From assembly GCF_009914755.1 (NCBI RefSeq), contig NC_060928.1: DNA of 64,000 nt; one strand, 5' to 3'. A program made the translations under genes and the position numbers. Below the pieces are notes generated by a model. That model made no database searches. It worked only from the letters and a program-made list of their open reading frames with translations, and was not told the DNA's origin. Positions 43,060 to 58,741 of the stretch are shown piece by piece. How positions within the stretch are numbered: the stretch's first letter is position 1; every line of letters begins with the position of its first letter. Source of the stretch: the human T2T-CHM13v2.0 reference genome, Homo sapiens.

Positions 43060-43335
43060 GTCTGCCCAAATGCCACCGCGGTAGAGCGTGCTTCCCTGGC
43101 TGCTGTATCTACACTAGTGTCACTCACTGTACCATCTCTTTTATGTCCTTCCCTGAAATTCTGACTACCTGACACCTTAGATTTATTTGTTTATAGTCTA
43201 CCTTAACCCCTTTAGAAGGTAAATTCCAAGGGAGCAAGAGCTTTGTCTGTTTTCTTTCTGTTGCACTCCCAGTGCCTCCCCCAGCGCCTGCCATGTAGCA
43301 GGCTCTTGGCAGTACTTCTTGACTGAATAAGTGAG
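43060..43335 (+). mobile_element. L2 3' end
   Basis: gaaggtaaattccaagggagcaagagctttgtctg...cccagcgcctgccatgtagcaggctc...gactgaataag. Confidence 0.65.
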
Positions 43336-44777
43336 TAGCTTCATGTGAAGTGGTGGTACCTTCTCCATTACATGACTGGAGTGGAGGAGGAACAGCTCTT
43401 CTGCTAGAATGGAAGTTCCACGAGAACAGGAAACAGGAGAGTACTCAAGATACGTATCTGTTACATGAATGGAAGAGGAAAGGGTTGATGGGGAGACAGA
43501 AACCACGCTGTCCCCTCCTCTGGCGCCCAAGAAGTCCAGGAAAGTTGCGGTTGGACCTGAGCTGGGGGACTTCAGAAGACTGGGCGAAGGAAGAGGAGCC
43601 CTGTAGCCCACAAGGATGGGCTGTGAGCAGGCGACGTGAGGGGTGGTGGGGAGGAGGCAATGGCAAGACTCAGTGGAACGTCAGGACTTAAACAAGGCTG
43701 GCATCATGGGAGAGAAGTGGACTGGTGGCCTCTGACTATGAATTATTTAGACGCTGGGTGAAATGAATCATATTTTCTTCCCAGCCATATGCCTCAGAGA
43801 CTTCACTGATAAAGAATTTTAAAGTATGGAATGATGAGAGCTATTGAGTTTAACCTGTCCTCCCCCAGCTCCCCTCCCTGCGCCTCCCCACCTCCTATCA
43901 CCAATGATCTCAGGCTCCACTCAGGCCGGGGCTAGTCTATAATAACTACTCAAGCAATTAAACCACATCCAATTTGATAAGTCTGAATATTTCAGAGGAT
44001 CCTGTTACCTCCATCTTTGGGCCTGGAGGCCTACATTTTCTCATTAAACCTAACTGGCTTGTAAGAGGAGCCGACATCTGGGTGATAAAGCAGGCAGGGC
44101 CTCTACCTGCTCCTGTCTCTCTCTGATTGTTGGTTGCTAAACAGCTTCAGCCTGTCTCCCTGGGGGTGCTGGGGTTTCAGGGACCGGGAGGAAGCTCCCT
44201 CCCCTCCAACACCACTCCTGCTGCTGAGAATCTCCTTTAACACTGGCCAACACCTTTCATTCCAGCTCAGAACGACAAGGCTGAAAATTCAAAATGCCCC
44301 AGGAGAAGCAAAGTACTGGTTTAAATGAATACTAAAATGCAAGTGACTGAGCGCAGACCTTTTGTCCCTGGAAGGCAGATTTTAAAAAGCAAGGAGAGGA
44401 AAGGTGGTGTGGGGAAAGAGAATGGATTTTTTACCATCTCAGTCCTTCCACTCACTACCCTGGGACTTAGAGCAAGTTAATTAACCTCTCATCTGTAAAA
44501 ACATGAGAAAGCTGCAGTGGCCAGAGGAGCTGCGTGCAGCTTCCAGGCTATGCCAAACCCCACCCTCTCTCTGTGCCATTTCTCAGCGATTTCCTCACCT
44601 ACCTCCTCATCTTTCCACTTCCCTGGACGTCTTCCCAGGGTTGGATGGCCATCATCGAGTTCACATAGTAAGGTCAGTTACAGTTGACCTTCAAACAACA
44701 TGCGTTTTAACTGCACAGGGCCACTTATACACGGATTTTTTCTTTCAACCAAACGCAGATCAAAAATACAGTATTCT

Positions 44778-45386
<609 letters not shown>

Positions 45387-45912
45387 AAAAGACAATAATT
45401 TAAAAAAATATTAAATAATTTAAAAAATAATAATTTTTAAAATAATTTTTAAAAAGAAGAAAAAGAAAGAAAATACAGTATCCTCTGGATTGGAAACCCG
45501 CAGATGCGGAGGGCCAACTTTTCATGTATACGTGGATTCCGCAGGGGCCACGATGTGACTTTGTTATGCACAAATTTCAGCATATGGGGGTACGGGAACA
45601 ATCATTCCTTTATACCAAGGGGTAACTGTATTTACTTGTGAAGTCACTCTCCCTTTTTCCTGCCGCATCCACCCCTGCCCACACACACATACCCCAGACA
45701 GACAGTGACAACCTAAGCGTACGAACCCTTCCTTATTCTCCTGCAGGTCGCCATTAAGAAATCAGCAAATGCCTCTTCAACAATTGAGAATTACTTCTGT
45801 TAAGGAAACATTTTCAAACTTGGAAATAGAGCAAGAAAAAAGACTACATGCTTTTAAAACACTTTACTTTTAATTGACAAATCATAATTGTGTATATTTA
45901 TGAGCTTTTCAT

Positions 45913-46049
45913 GTGTTGTTTGTTTGTTTGTTTTAAGGCAGAGTCTTACTATGTTGCCCAGGCTGGACTCAAATTCCTGGGCTCAAGTGATCCTCTAGCC
46001 TCAGCCTCCAGTGTAGCTGAGACCACAGGCATGTGGCACCATGCTGGGC
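45913..46049 (-). mobile_element. Alu monomer (FLAM-like)
   Basis: Single arm with a (TTTG)n tail. Confidence 0.85.
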
Positions 46050-46529
46050 TTTTATGCCATGTTTGGGTGCAGTCTTCTGCATTGCCCTTTCAGTGTCATG
46101 CTGACACATCCAGTTTCACCAAGGATCACTTAATTCTCTAGGAGAACTTATCTACATTTGACTTTGCTATTTACTATTAAATACTGAATATCACATGTAA
46201 TTATCACACAGACTTTCATTCTGCAGAGATGGAAATAATTTCTTCCTGGTAGAAAAGATAAGCTATGGCTTTATTGCCATGTAGACCATTAACCATTTTT
46301 GTACCTAACTACCAATCTTATTCGAACAGCCTCTGTCTTTTTTTTCTCTTACCTATCAATATCTCAAATATTATTGAAATCGGCTTTGCCGTCTTGAGTA
46401 ATAAGACTTTGATATGTGTTCGTTCTATATTTTATAAAAGACATGTTTTTAGCTTTGTGAAAATATTTTGATCTCCCGCAGGAACTTAGGGAGTCCTAAA
46501 TAATAGCAGCCCCACTTGTTGTGTTTTCA

Positions 46530-46831
46530 TTTTTTAAAAAAATTTTTCTAGAGATGTGGTTTCACTCTGTTACCCAGGCTGGAGTGCAGTCATAGCTCAC
46601 TGCAGCCTCAAACAGCTGGGTTCAAGTGATCCTCCTGCCTTAGCCTCTGAAGCAACTAAGACTACAGTCACATACTACTATGCCTGGCTAATTAAAAATA
46701 AAACTTTAGAAACAGTGTCACACTATGCTGCCCAGGCTGGTCTCAAACTCCTGGCCTCAATTGATCCTCCTGCCCCAGCCTCCCAAGTAGCTGGGATTAC
46801 AGGCACAAGCCACAAGCCACCATGCCTGGCT
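46530..46831 (-). mobile_element. AluJ, degenerate
   Basis: Two reverse arms. Confidence 0.9.
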
Positions 46832-46844
46832 ATGTTTTTGTAAA

Positions 46845-47150
46845 AGCTAAGCCTTGTGCTAAACACTTTATATCCATTAGCTCATCTAATCCTCATCACA
46901 AACTTATAAAGCAGATCTTTATTTTATCAATGAGGAAACTAAGGCTCAGAGACACTAAGTAACTTGGCAAAGCTAGAGACACAAACTGCATACCAGGAAC
47001 TTTATCTACTCTCTTTAATCCTCATAACAATTCTATGACACAGGTATCATGATCCCCATTTTCTTTATTAGAAAACTGAAGTTTAGTTACTTGATATCAC
47101 CATTCGTAAATGAATTAAATTAGGATTAGAGACTCTACACTTACTGACTC
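46845..47150 (-). mobile_element. Two MIR fragments
   Basis: catctaatcctcatcac...atgaggaaactaaggctcagaga; tttaatcctcataacaattctatga. Confidence 0.7.
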
Positions 47151-47299
47151 CTCTACATTTTTTCTTCATTGACTGGGTGACTTAGCTAATGGGGAAGTTT
47201 ATGATGCCCAGCACATTACAGAAAATGTTCATTTCTCTTCCGTTGGAAAGTTTGGTGGTGAGGAGATGTGGTTCAAATTGTTAGATAGCCCCATGAAAA

Positions 47300-47803
47300 T
47301 GTTTCAATTTTCCCTTTCTTCCATAAAAATAGATCCCACAATTTTTAACTGGGCCCTGACCATCCCAAATAAGGATTACGTTTCCCAGCTTGCTTTGCAT
47401 CTGTGTGGCCAAAATGATTAACTTTATTAACTTTTGGCCAATAGGAAGTAGGCAAAACTGTCATAAGGCTCTTTCAGGGACCTTCCTTAAAAGTTGGTTG
47501 ATAAGCACCTTCTTCTCTATGCCTTTCTCCCCCACCCACCTATTAGGAACATGAATGTGAGGTCTGGTGCTCTAGCTGTGTCCCTGTCCCCCACAAGGAC
47601 AATACTGGATCTGGGGAAGGTAGAAGTCTGAACTGGAAGGAGGCTGGGTTCCTGAGGGCTTAGTCAAGCACCCCACCAACCCCAGAATGCTGACTTCTGG
47701 GACTTCATATGAGGAAGAAATAAGCTGCAGTCTTGTTTAAGCCACTATTTTTTTTTTTTTTTAGGATCTCTGTTGCTTGCAACCCAAAGTATCCCAACTG
47801 ATA
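47300..47803 (+). mobile_element. Old MaLR LTR (MLT1H/J-like)
   Basis: tttcccagcttgctttgcatctgtgtggcc...tcttgtttaagccact...ctgttgcttgcaacccaaagtatcccaactgataca. Confidence 0.65.
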
Positions 47804-48519
47804 CAGCACAAAGAAAGTAGAGAAGAAGCCTCAGAGGCAAAATTGGCCTTCTGCAAAGAAGTGCCCAGGAGTGGTCTTGACACTAAGAACCAGCCAGAAT
47901 TGCCCTGGAGAGCCCAGCAGAAGGAGCTGTCAGGAAGACAGATATTGAATGAGTTCTGACAGCCACGACTCACCCTGACTTGCGTCACTGCACCCTCTGC
48001 CAGGCCTGCTATTTTTGTGGCATTATCAGGAGCCACCTGTGATGACATTACAGCTCCATGCCAGTACCCACTGTCCATCCTCTTCTGAGTGGAAAGAAAT
48101 GGCACATCACCAAAACTATCACGAGGCAATCTTATAAGCACTGGCCTCTCTTCTTGTGAGCATGAGGAAGAAATACCTTCTGTTCTGCTTCTCTGAGATT
48201 TGCCCATTGGCCCTGCAAGAACAAAATATGTTGGTCTCTTCAACAGTGATCCACAAGGCAGGGCACAGAGCCTTTGAACTTGCTAGAAATCTAACATTTT
48301 GCATTCTCCCAGGCTGCTGGAGGAAGAGTAGGATTTGACTCCCCTGAAGATTTGGGCCGGACTTGGGAGAGCTGAGGAAATGGCAGTATTTGGCCAGGAG
48401 TTTTGAGACTTCTCCCATGAAGATCCCAACAGAGGTGTCCTCTGCTGGGTCTGCATCTGCCTCTGCTGCTGGGTGCCCACTCCTGGCATCTGGCTGCCTT
48501 TGTCAATGTCCTGGCTTCG

Positions 48520-48705
48520 TTATATACTTTGCTATGTGATTTTGGACACAATGTTCCTCACCTGCAAGATGGAATTTATGACAGTTTCTGTTTCAAAAGG
48601 CTGTTACAAAGACTAAATGAGATATTTCAAGTGAAGCTTTCAGATACCTGGCACATAGTAAGTGCTCAATAAATATTGCCTGTTATTGTTATGGAGTAAT
48701 AATAA
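48520..48705 (+). mobile_element. MIR
   Basis: gctatgtgattttggaca...ttcctcacctgcaagatgg...cctggcacatagtaagtgctcaataaata. Confidence 0.75.
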
Positions 48706-48744
48706 TACAACAGAGTTCCTTATGTGTGCTAGACATTGTACTAA

Positions 48745-49062
<318 letters not shown>

Positions 49063-49161
49063 TAAACTCTTTTCGTCCTGAAAATGACTCCATGAGGACT
49101 ACTATTATTACCACCACAACCCCCATTTTATAGATAAGAAAACGGCAGCATAGCTGGGACA

Positions 49162-49345
49162 TATCTTAGTCCATTTTCTTCTGCTATGACAGAATACCAC
49201 AGAGTGAGTAATTTCTTGAAAAAAAGGTTTATTTGGCTCATGATTCTGGACGCTGAGAAGTCTAAGGTCGAGGAGCCTGTATCTGGCGAGGGCCACCCCA
49301 TGGTGGAAGGTGAAACGTGAAACAGGAAAATGGAAGCTAGCACAC
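49162..49345 (-). mobile_element. MST-type LTR fragment
   Basis: tatcttagtccattttcttctgctatgacagaataccacagagtgagtaattt...ttatttggctcatgattctgg. Confidence 0.75.
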
Positions 49346-49649
49346 CCCATGCTGGAAAAGGAGCAGGAAGGAGGAGATCCTGCCTCCTTACATGACTGCA
49401 AGCCTTTTGATTCCCAGCACACCTGGCTTCTTCTCTGCTCAGGCCTTTTAAATGCTGCTGCTTCTGCCTAACTTTTTTCTCTCCCTGACCTGCCTCCACT
49501 GTCTCCTGGACACCTTCTCAGCCCTGGCCTGACCCTCTGTTTCTCTCGCACACAGCTCCTGCTCTATTTGCTCTATTTTCACTCCGGGTTCCTATGGTAG
49601 GGGATTCTTTACTCCATGGTCCCTTGTCCTCTGTCCTTCTGCAAGTTAG

Positions 49650-50051
<402 letters not shown>

Positions 50052-50263
50052 TGCAGTAAATATTGAATGTGTCATTGGGTCTGAATAGAACTAAGAACAG
50101 GGATTTCCCTTCTGAGGCAGCATGTCTCTGCTGATCCCTGCAAGAATCAGGCCCTCACTTGTGATGAGAGGCTGCTATGTGTTAGGCACTCGCTGTATAC
50201 CTGGCCTATTCCAAGCACCTCACATGCATCTTCTCATTTAACACTCACAACCGCCTAGTGGGG

Positions 50264-50631
50264 TGTGTGGTCCACTGAGGCTGCTATCACAAAGGACCAC
50301 AGCCTGGCTGGCTTCCACAACAGAAATCTATTTTCTCACAGTTCTAGAAGTCCAACCTGAAGGTGTCAACACGGTGGGTTTCTCCTGAGGCCTCTCTCCT
50401 TGGCATGTAGATGACCCTCTTCTCCCTGTGCCCTCACACGGTCTTCCCAATCTGTCGGCGTCCTAATGTCCTCTTCCTATAAAGACAACAGTCATACTGG
50501 ATTAGGGCCCACCCTAATGACCTCTTTTAACTTCCTCTCTTTAAATACAGTCACACTGTGATGTACTGGGAGTTAGGACTTCAACATACGAATTGGGGGT
50601 GGGGGCGGGAGATAGAATTCAGCCTATAATA
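50264..50631 (-). mobile_element. MLT1B-like LTR nested in a MIR
   Basis: ggctgctatcacaaaggaccacagcctgg...ggattagggcccaccctaatgacctc...gttaggacttcaacatacgaatt. Confidence 0.85.
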
Positions 50632-50756
50632 GGGTGGTAGCTATTATTGCCCCATTTCAGCTGAGGAAACTGAGGCACAGAGAGACTGGATAACTTACCT
50701 AAAGCCACAGCTAACAGAGGGTAGAGCCAGGATATGAGCCAGAATAGCCTGACTCC

Positions 50757-50988
50757 GAGGCCGAGGTGGGCGGATCACTTGAGGCCAGGAGTTCGAGACC
50801 AGCCTGGCCAACATGGTGAAACCCCATCTCTACTAAAAATACGAAAATTAACCAGGTGTGGTGGTGTGTCCCTTAATTCCAGCTACTCAGGGGGCTGAGG
50901 CATGAGAATCGCTTGAACTTGGGAGGTGAGGAGATGGCACCACTGCACTCCAGCCTGGGCAACAGAGCAAGACTCTGTCTAAAAAAAA
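50757..50988 (+). mobile_element. 5'-truncated AluS
   Basis: Starts gaggccgaggtggg; TSD agcctgactcc. Confidence 0.93.
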
Positions 50989-51531
50989 GCCTGACTCCAT
51001 AGCCGGAGCACAGAACCACTGCCTGGACCCCACGGCAGCCTGCAGAGGAAGATCTCAGACCAGCCGAGGAATTCAAGTCTCAGAGGTCACACCTCTTGCC
51101 CAAGGACATTGGTGGGACAGATGGCAGAGCAAGAACTCCAAACCAAGTGTTCTGGCTCCCAGCCCAACCCCAGCCCAACCTCCTTCCATCGAAAAGGGAA
51201 CAGCAAAAGCTTCCAGGAAGGTAGGAAAGGGTTTGAGAATAGGAAGCAATTTGACTTTCCCATGACATTACTGGGAGATTAATGAAAAAATGGTTCCCTC
51301 TAAGAGCCTCTGAGACATGCCTTATAGGCAGGGCACCTGTGGTTCAGAACAGCCCCAGACAAAGCTGGAGAAGAAAGCAGCAAGCTCACCACCCCACCCC
51401 CTCAAGATTCCCACTCTCCCCTGAATTCCCCTCTCTGTATCCTGCAGCCCCTTTCCCTTGCAACAACAAAACAGCCATAATAATACTCACACTTACCAAA
51501 TGACTACTGTGCTAGGCCCTATTCTAAGTGC

Positions 51532-51830
<299 letters not shown>

Positions 51831-52544
51831 TAAGTGCTTTTATATACTAATTTATTTAATCCTCTCAACAACCTGTGGGCAGAGCATGGCATTATGACCC
51901 TTTCTATTTTATATATAAAGAAGTGAATGCACAGAAGTTTGCCAGAGGTCACCTGGGAAATACTTGCTGCAGGCTGAATTTGAACCTAGGCAGTCTGGCT
52001 TGCAACCAACCCCTCATCCATTCTTCACACTGTGGAGTGGACGGCTGGTAGGGAGTTCATGGGTTAGCTCTCCATAGCTACCCCTTCACTTGTTCATTTG
52101 CTCATCCACCCAAGGAGAATTTAACACACCTATTTTGCTGACTCTGCCCCAGCCCCACACGGGATTCCCCTGTCTAATGCCTCCAGTCTTGCAGGGCAGG
52201 GAGACACTTAGAAATGACAGGGACCCTATATAATAGGATTGTGTCCAAGAGGCTCTGAGGCAAAGAACAGGGGGATTCACAGCGTAAGACAGTCAAGATC
52301 GGCTGGATAAAGGCAGTGGTGGATATGCAAGGTCTTGAAGGGCAGGTAGGTGTTTCCCAGGCAGATAAAGGGATGTTGCCTTTGGAAAATAAGAGAGAGC
52401 TATGGTGGGTATATGTGGAGATGCGAGTGGGGTGAGGCAGGAGGAGAGCACAGAGGAGAAGCTAGCTGGGTGCTGTGCTGAGGAGGTGTTTCATCCTAGA
52501 GGCTATGGCATTTTAAAGCCCCTTTGGGGCTGGAAACAGCATGG

Positions 52545-52850
52545 TCTTCAAACTCCATAGTAGCTTCCCATCATACATAGTCTAAAACCCAAAGTCCCCA
52601 CTGTGGCCTAGAAGGCTGTACATGATGTGGCCTCCCAGCCCAGGATCTCATCTTTGCTCTCATCTCCCCCCAACTATTCCTATCTTCCTGCTCTTCCTCA
52701 AACAAGCCAAGCCTATGACCTAGACATTGAACTTGCTGCTCCCTCTGCCTGGAACTCTCTTTAGCAGAGTTTGGCTTAATCGGCTAATTACATTCAGCAG
52801 AGCTTTAGCATGGCTCTCAATAAATGCTTACTTGTTAAATGAATGAATGA
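52545..52850 (+). mobile_element. L2 3' fragment
   Basis: cttgctgctccctctgcctggaac...ctcaataaatgcttacttgttaaatgaatgaatga. Confidence 0.7.
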
Positions 52851-54354
52851 GGTCTATTTTATGATATTTCAATTCATTGAAAGTAAGTATACAGACAGCT
52901 CTCAGCCATCTAACTGGGCTGAATAATGAACCAGGACACACTGTCGCCCTTCGGGCTGGCCTGATGGCCCTGTTAGGTCTGGACTGTCACTGGGTTGCTA
53001 GCAAATCCTCCTGAGCGGGTGTGGGCTGCAGTCAAAGCGAGGCTGCTTAGCAATTTGGCTCCTCAGCCTGTGGCTGCAGCTAACAACACTGCTGCCACAA
53101 ACACGTCTCAGCAGCAGAAAAGAAGCCGTGAAATTGCCTGAATTGAGGAGCTGACGGGAAAGTAAAAGGGGCCTGTCAAAATCCAAGTAAACTAAAAGGC
53201 AATTCCTCCTTGCCACTGATGCACTTTTGACACTTGGAAAAGGGGAGAGAAAAGTCTCTTCCACTTCGCATCCAACCTATACCCTCCTTTCCTCTGTCGT
53301 CTCCCTGCACTCATAACAGAGAGGGACGGAGAGTCCTACAAGCTGTTGGGTGACCGTGGCCCTAGGGCGAAATGAAATCGCTGGCCGCATTATTAGGGAA
53401 ACATGGTCTTGACAATTCTGGATGATCAAAATAGCAATAAAGTCTTTGATGGGAAAGACAAAAAGCACCCTACTTCTCTCCCGGGTAGCAGAGTGTCCAA
53501 ATAAATTGTTTCGATAATTAGCAATTCATTCATGTTCATCCGTACTCAGTACTCGCCTCTTGTCTTTGTTCTTGGTTATTTCAGAACAAAACAAAAAAAA
53601 ACTAAGGTGGGCTCCCAAATTTTGCCCCCTAACTCAGTGCTCAAGTTTATTTCTCATGTTATTAGTCTTTCCTGTGAATGATAACATCAGCTGATTATAA
53701 ATAAATCAAGGTCCTTTTCTAGCAGTTACTGCTAAAAGTTAATGTCTCAGGCAGGATAGGGCCTATTTCAATATGCCTTAAACATGGGATGGAGCAGCTA
53801 AGCCATTTGCGCTCAGAATGCTGGTGAAGAAATTAGGGCTTAATGAATCCTGAAACAACCAGCCTCTCCTCTCCTATATGGAGAAAAGAAAACATGGCTC
53901 GCAATTTTAAATGTGAACCAACAACTTGTTTAGAAATTGTTATTTAGAGATAGTGGCAGTGGGGGACTCTGGAAAGCAGATGTCTTCACACCTCATGAGA
54001 GACATTGTTTTCTTAGGAAAGGCTGAGGTCGCCCCTCAGAGATTCTGATGATGAAATTTGGAGCCCACGTTTCCTACAATTCTGTGCATGCGGATGGCGG
54101 GTTTTAAATGCCCAGAATGTCCAATTTGCTAGGGGCCTCTTGGGGGTTAGGTAATTGCCTGGCAGCTTCTGCGGGTTCTACTGGCAATGGGCTCAGTAGA
54201 GTTACTCCTTGAAGATTTCAAGGCAAAGTGACTTCCCAATATTTGCAAATTGGCAAGCTATGAAGGTTTTGAAAAAAGCAGATGGAGGTTGGAGAGCTCG
54301 GAGCAGGCGCCGGAAATCTCAACTCAGAGAATGCGCGGGAGCCAGTTCTCCATC

Positions 54355-54373
54355 GGAGCGCTAGATGGCGCCA
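54355..54373 (+). promoter_or_regulatory. Candidate CTCF-binding motif
   Basis: ggagcgctagatggcgcca matches the CTCF core (CRSYAGRKGGCRS) and sits in a locally CpG-rich, non-repeat patch. Confidence 0.6.
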
Positions 54374-54636
54374 GCAGCCTGTCCGGGCTGAACCGCCTTC
54401 ACCCTCCTCGTTCTCAGGGCGAGGCTGGCCCATAAAGAAGTGACTGTGGAACAACAACAACAAAACACCCAGAAAAGGCTTCCCGTTGCTTCAGGAGCAC
54501 CGAGGGTGAATGTGGAAGGTGATTGGTGACACGTCTAGCTCTGGACGGCAGCACGTGGGCTGGCCGACAGGTTAGGAACCACTGCTGTGTGCTGTGTTGC
54601 ATTGCTCTCCAATTGTCAGTACCGGGACTTTCTGAT

Positions 54637-54995
<359 letters not shown>

Positions 54996-55034
54996 TGAAT
55001 TCATATTATCCATAGAAAAAAATCTGTGATCTCG

Positions 55035-55086
55035 AGCACGCATGCATGCATGTGCGTGCGCGCACACACACACACACACACACACA
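55035..55086. repeat. Alternating purine-pyrimidine tract ending in (CA)n
   Basis: gcacgcatgcatgcatgtgcgtgcgcgcacacacac... Confidence 0.9.
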
Positions 55087-55169
55087 TTCAAAGAGTTTGA
55101 GTAAGAATGTACTTTTTTAAAAAAGCACCTAATCCACATTAACATTGCAAATTAGAAATCCAAAATCTA

Positions 55170-55458
55170 GGCTGGGTATGGTAGCTCATGTCTGGAATCC
55201 CAGCATTTTGAGAGGCTGAGGCGGGAGGATTGCTTGAGGCCAAGAGTTTGAGACCAGCCTGGGGAACATAGCGAGACGCCATCTGTACAAAACAAATCAA
55301 AACAGATGTGGTGGCGTGCACCTGTAGTCCCAGCTACTCGGGAGACTGAGGTGGGATGATCCCTTGAGTTCAGGGCTGCAGTGAGCAATGATCATATACC
55401 AGTGTACTCCCACCTGGCAACACAGCAAGACCCAATCTCTCTAAAGTTAAAAAAAAAA
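55170..55458 (+). mobile_element. AluJ
   Basis: ggaggattgcttgaggcc, degenerate arms. Confidence 0.9.
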
Positions 55459-55625
55459 GTTTTCATAAAAAAAGAAAAGCATGCAAAGTCTAAGAAGGAC
55501 AGACAAAGAGCTCGAGGTTTCACATTGGGTTGGGACAGCACTTGGCCTCCATCCCAGGCATCTTGATTCACAGGTCAGTACTTCTTCCACCAGAGCACGC
55601 ATAGATTTTTAATTCACACAAATGA

Positions 55626-56125
55626 GTTATTAGTCTGGATCTAGCAAGAAAATTAGAAACCACTCTAGGTCTTTCAAACAGAGAAAATTTAATATAGGGA
55701 ATTGGTTACCCAAGTTGATAGGCAAACTGAGAAGACAAACAGGTGACCCAGAGATTATCAACCTCAGGAAGCCACCATGACCCCTAGGGCTGGAGCAGCA
55801 ATAGGAAGGATGATGCTACTGCTTTATGGCTGGGACTCCAATGTAGGGACCGCTGGCAGGATCTGAAACAGTCGAGGAGGGGCCATCTGACAGAAGGCAG
55901 AGCCAAGGAAGAGAAACAGGGTTGTGGGAGCTACCGGAGGAAAGACATAGAGAAACACCCTGGCTCTCCCTTCTTCCCCTCTCTAATCTTCTACCAGTTT
56001 CCCATTCCCTAAACCAACCCACAAGCCAGAGCCATGAGAGCTGGCAATTGTAGTTCCCTAGGATACAAGGAAGAGCAGAGGAAAGGCAGAGATGGATTGA
56101 GAACAAACTGGCAGTTTGGCATAGG
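55626..56125 (-). mobile_element. ERVL LTR (LTR33-like)
   Basis: ttagtctggatctagcaagaaaattagaaaccactctagg...aatttaatatagggaattggttac. Confidence 0.6.
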
Positions 56126-56175
56126 CAGAATGGTGATGTGCTGAAGGTCCTGCTGTTATAAATGTTCATGTGTGA

Positions 56176-56790
<615 letters not shown>

Positions 56791-58217
56791 TTTTTAAGAT
56801 CTGCTCATGTTACTGTGTATGTGCATCCAGTTTGAGGCTCGTAATTGCTGCACAGAGCCCCATAATGTGTGAGCACCACATTTTATTTATCCAAGGAAGC
56901 ACGAGGCAAGTCACTGATCCTCTGTCCACTTTCATTTGGGATGACCGGAGTGGTAGATATTGAATTCAGGCAACAACATATTTCGGAAACAAAATTAGAT
57001 GGTGCGTGTAACTGGTGCATGAGTTTACTGAAATCCAAGATGGTGCTTTTGCTTCACTTGACTTGCTTCATTTTTGACTTTTCATAAATGAAGATAACTT
57101 GGCTTTTTTCTTCTGAGTACAGTTCCATAAGGGTAAGTGCATGTCTCATAATAGTTTTACTAATGGATCACCTGCCCTGATCCTCACAGCTGCTTTGTGA
57201 GTTAGGTATTGTTATCAGCTGAGAGAAGTGAGGCTTGGAGGAGTTAAAAAAAACCCTCCCAGTCGCTGAGCCAGGACTGAACCCAAGCCTGTGGCTGGTC
57301 ACTCTGCCATACCGCCTCCTTAAGGCAGTCACAGAGAGCCTGGCCCATGGAGTGGGAATTCATCTTTCACTATTACCAGGACTGGGGATTGAGTCCATGG
57401 GCCTGAAATTTGGGTGAGAAGGGGCAGAATCTGTTAGCAGACAGCCAAAGAGCCACAGGCAGGACCTGAGATGGGGTCAGAGCCCAGAGTGTGAGAGAAG
57501 TGACTCTAGGTCTGGAATTACCCAGGGGGATACTGGGAATCCTTGCCTAAAGGCGGAGTTGGCTGGCGGGAGAGGCAGGCTCAAAGGGCCAAGATCTTGG
57601 TGGCAGAACACAGAGTTGGCAGCTTTATATGATTTCAGTGACGGATTACTGTAATGCCCCATTGTGTCATTGTAACTGATTGCATTTTGTAATTGAAAGC
57701 TCAGCCAGTGTAGAGTGTGGTTCATTTGGACAATTGCTGTGCACTTTTAAGGATGGATGTGGACCATTTATCTATGCCTTGTTGTCTCAGCAGGACTAGA
57801 ATCAATGCTAATGAGACCAGACTCATTTTTCTAAAGCACCATTTCTATCATGTTGCTCCTGGGTGAAAAACCTGCGATGACAGCCCATTACCTTCAGGGA
57901 AAGGCCAGTGCCACGTCTGGAATGGCTTTGGTGACTTCCACACTGGCCCCAGGCTGCCTTTCCTGCTTGGCCTCCCTCTGCCTCCCAGATGCAACCTATA
58001 CCACCAGGCTGATCTACATACGGCCCCCTGAACCCTCAAACCTTCAACATGCTTTGCACCCTCCCAATTTCATATCTTTGCCCGTGTCATCCCTCCTGTC
58101 TAGATCACCCTCCTCCACAGCTGTGTGAGCACATCAGCCTGCTCAGTGCAGGGGAATGCTCTCCAAAGTCTTTTCTACTATCCCACTAAGAAAGCAAATA
58201 AAAGTATGCACATTTAA

Positions 58218-58648
<431 letters not shown>

Positions 58649-58741
58649 ATTCATTCATTTAATTTTATTGTATGTCGGGTGCTGCTAAGTTACAACAATT
58701 AGGATTTGGGTTGCAAACAGAAAATAACCTAACAATACAGC

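Noticed and set aside
47761-48243. Longest ORF in the track (160 aa, minus strand)
   Set aside because: No recognisable homology, and it ends inside an MLT1 LTR. The length is compatible with chance.
54378-54391. ctgtccgggctgaa, resembling a reverse REST/RE1 site
   Set aside because: It lacks the central TGGT, so one half-site is incomplete.
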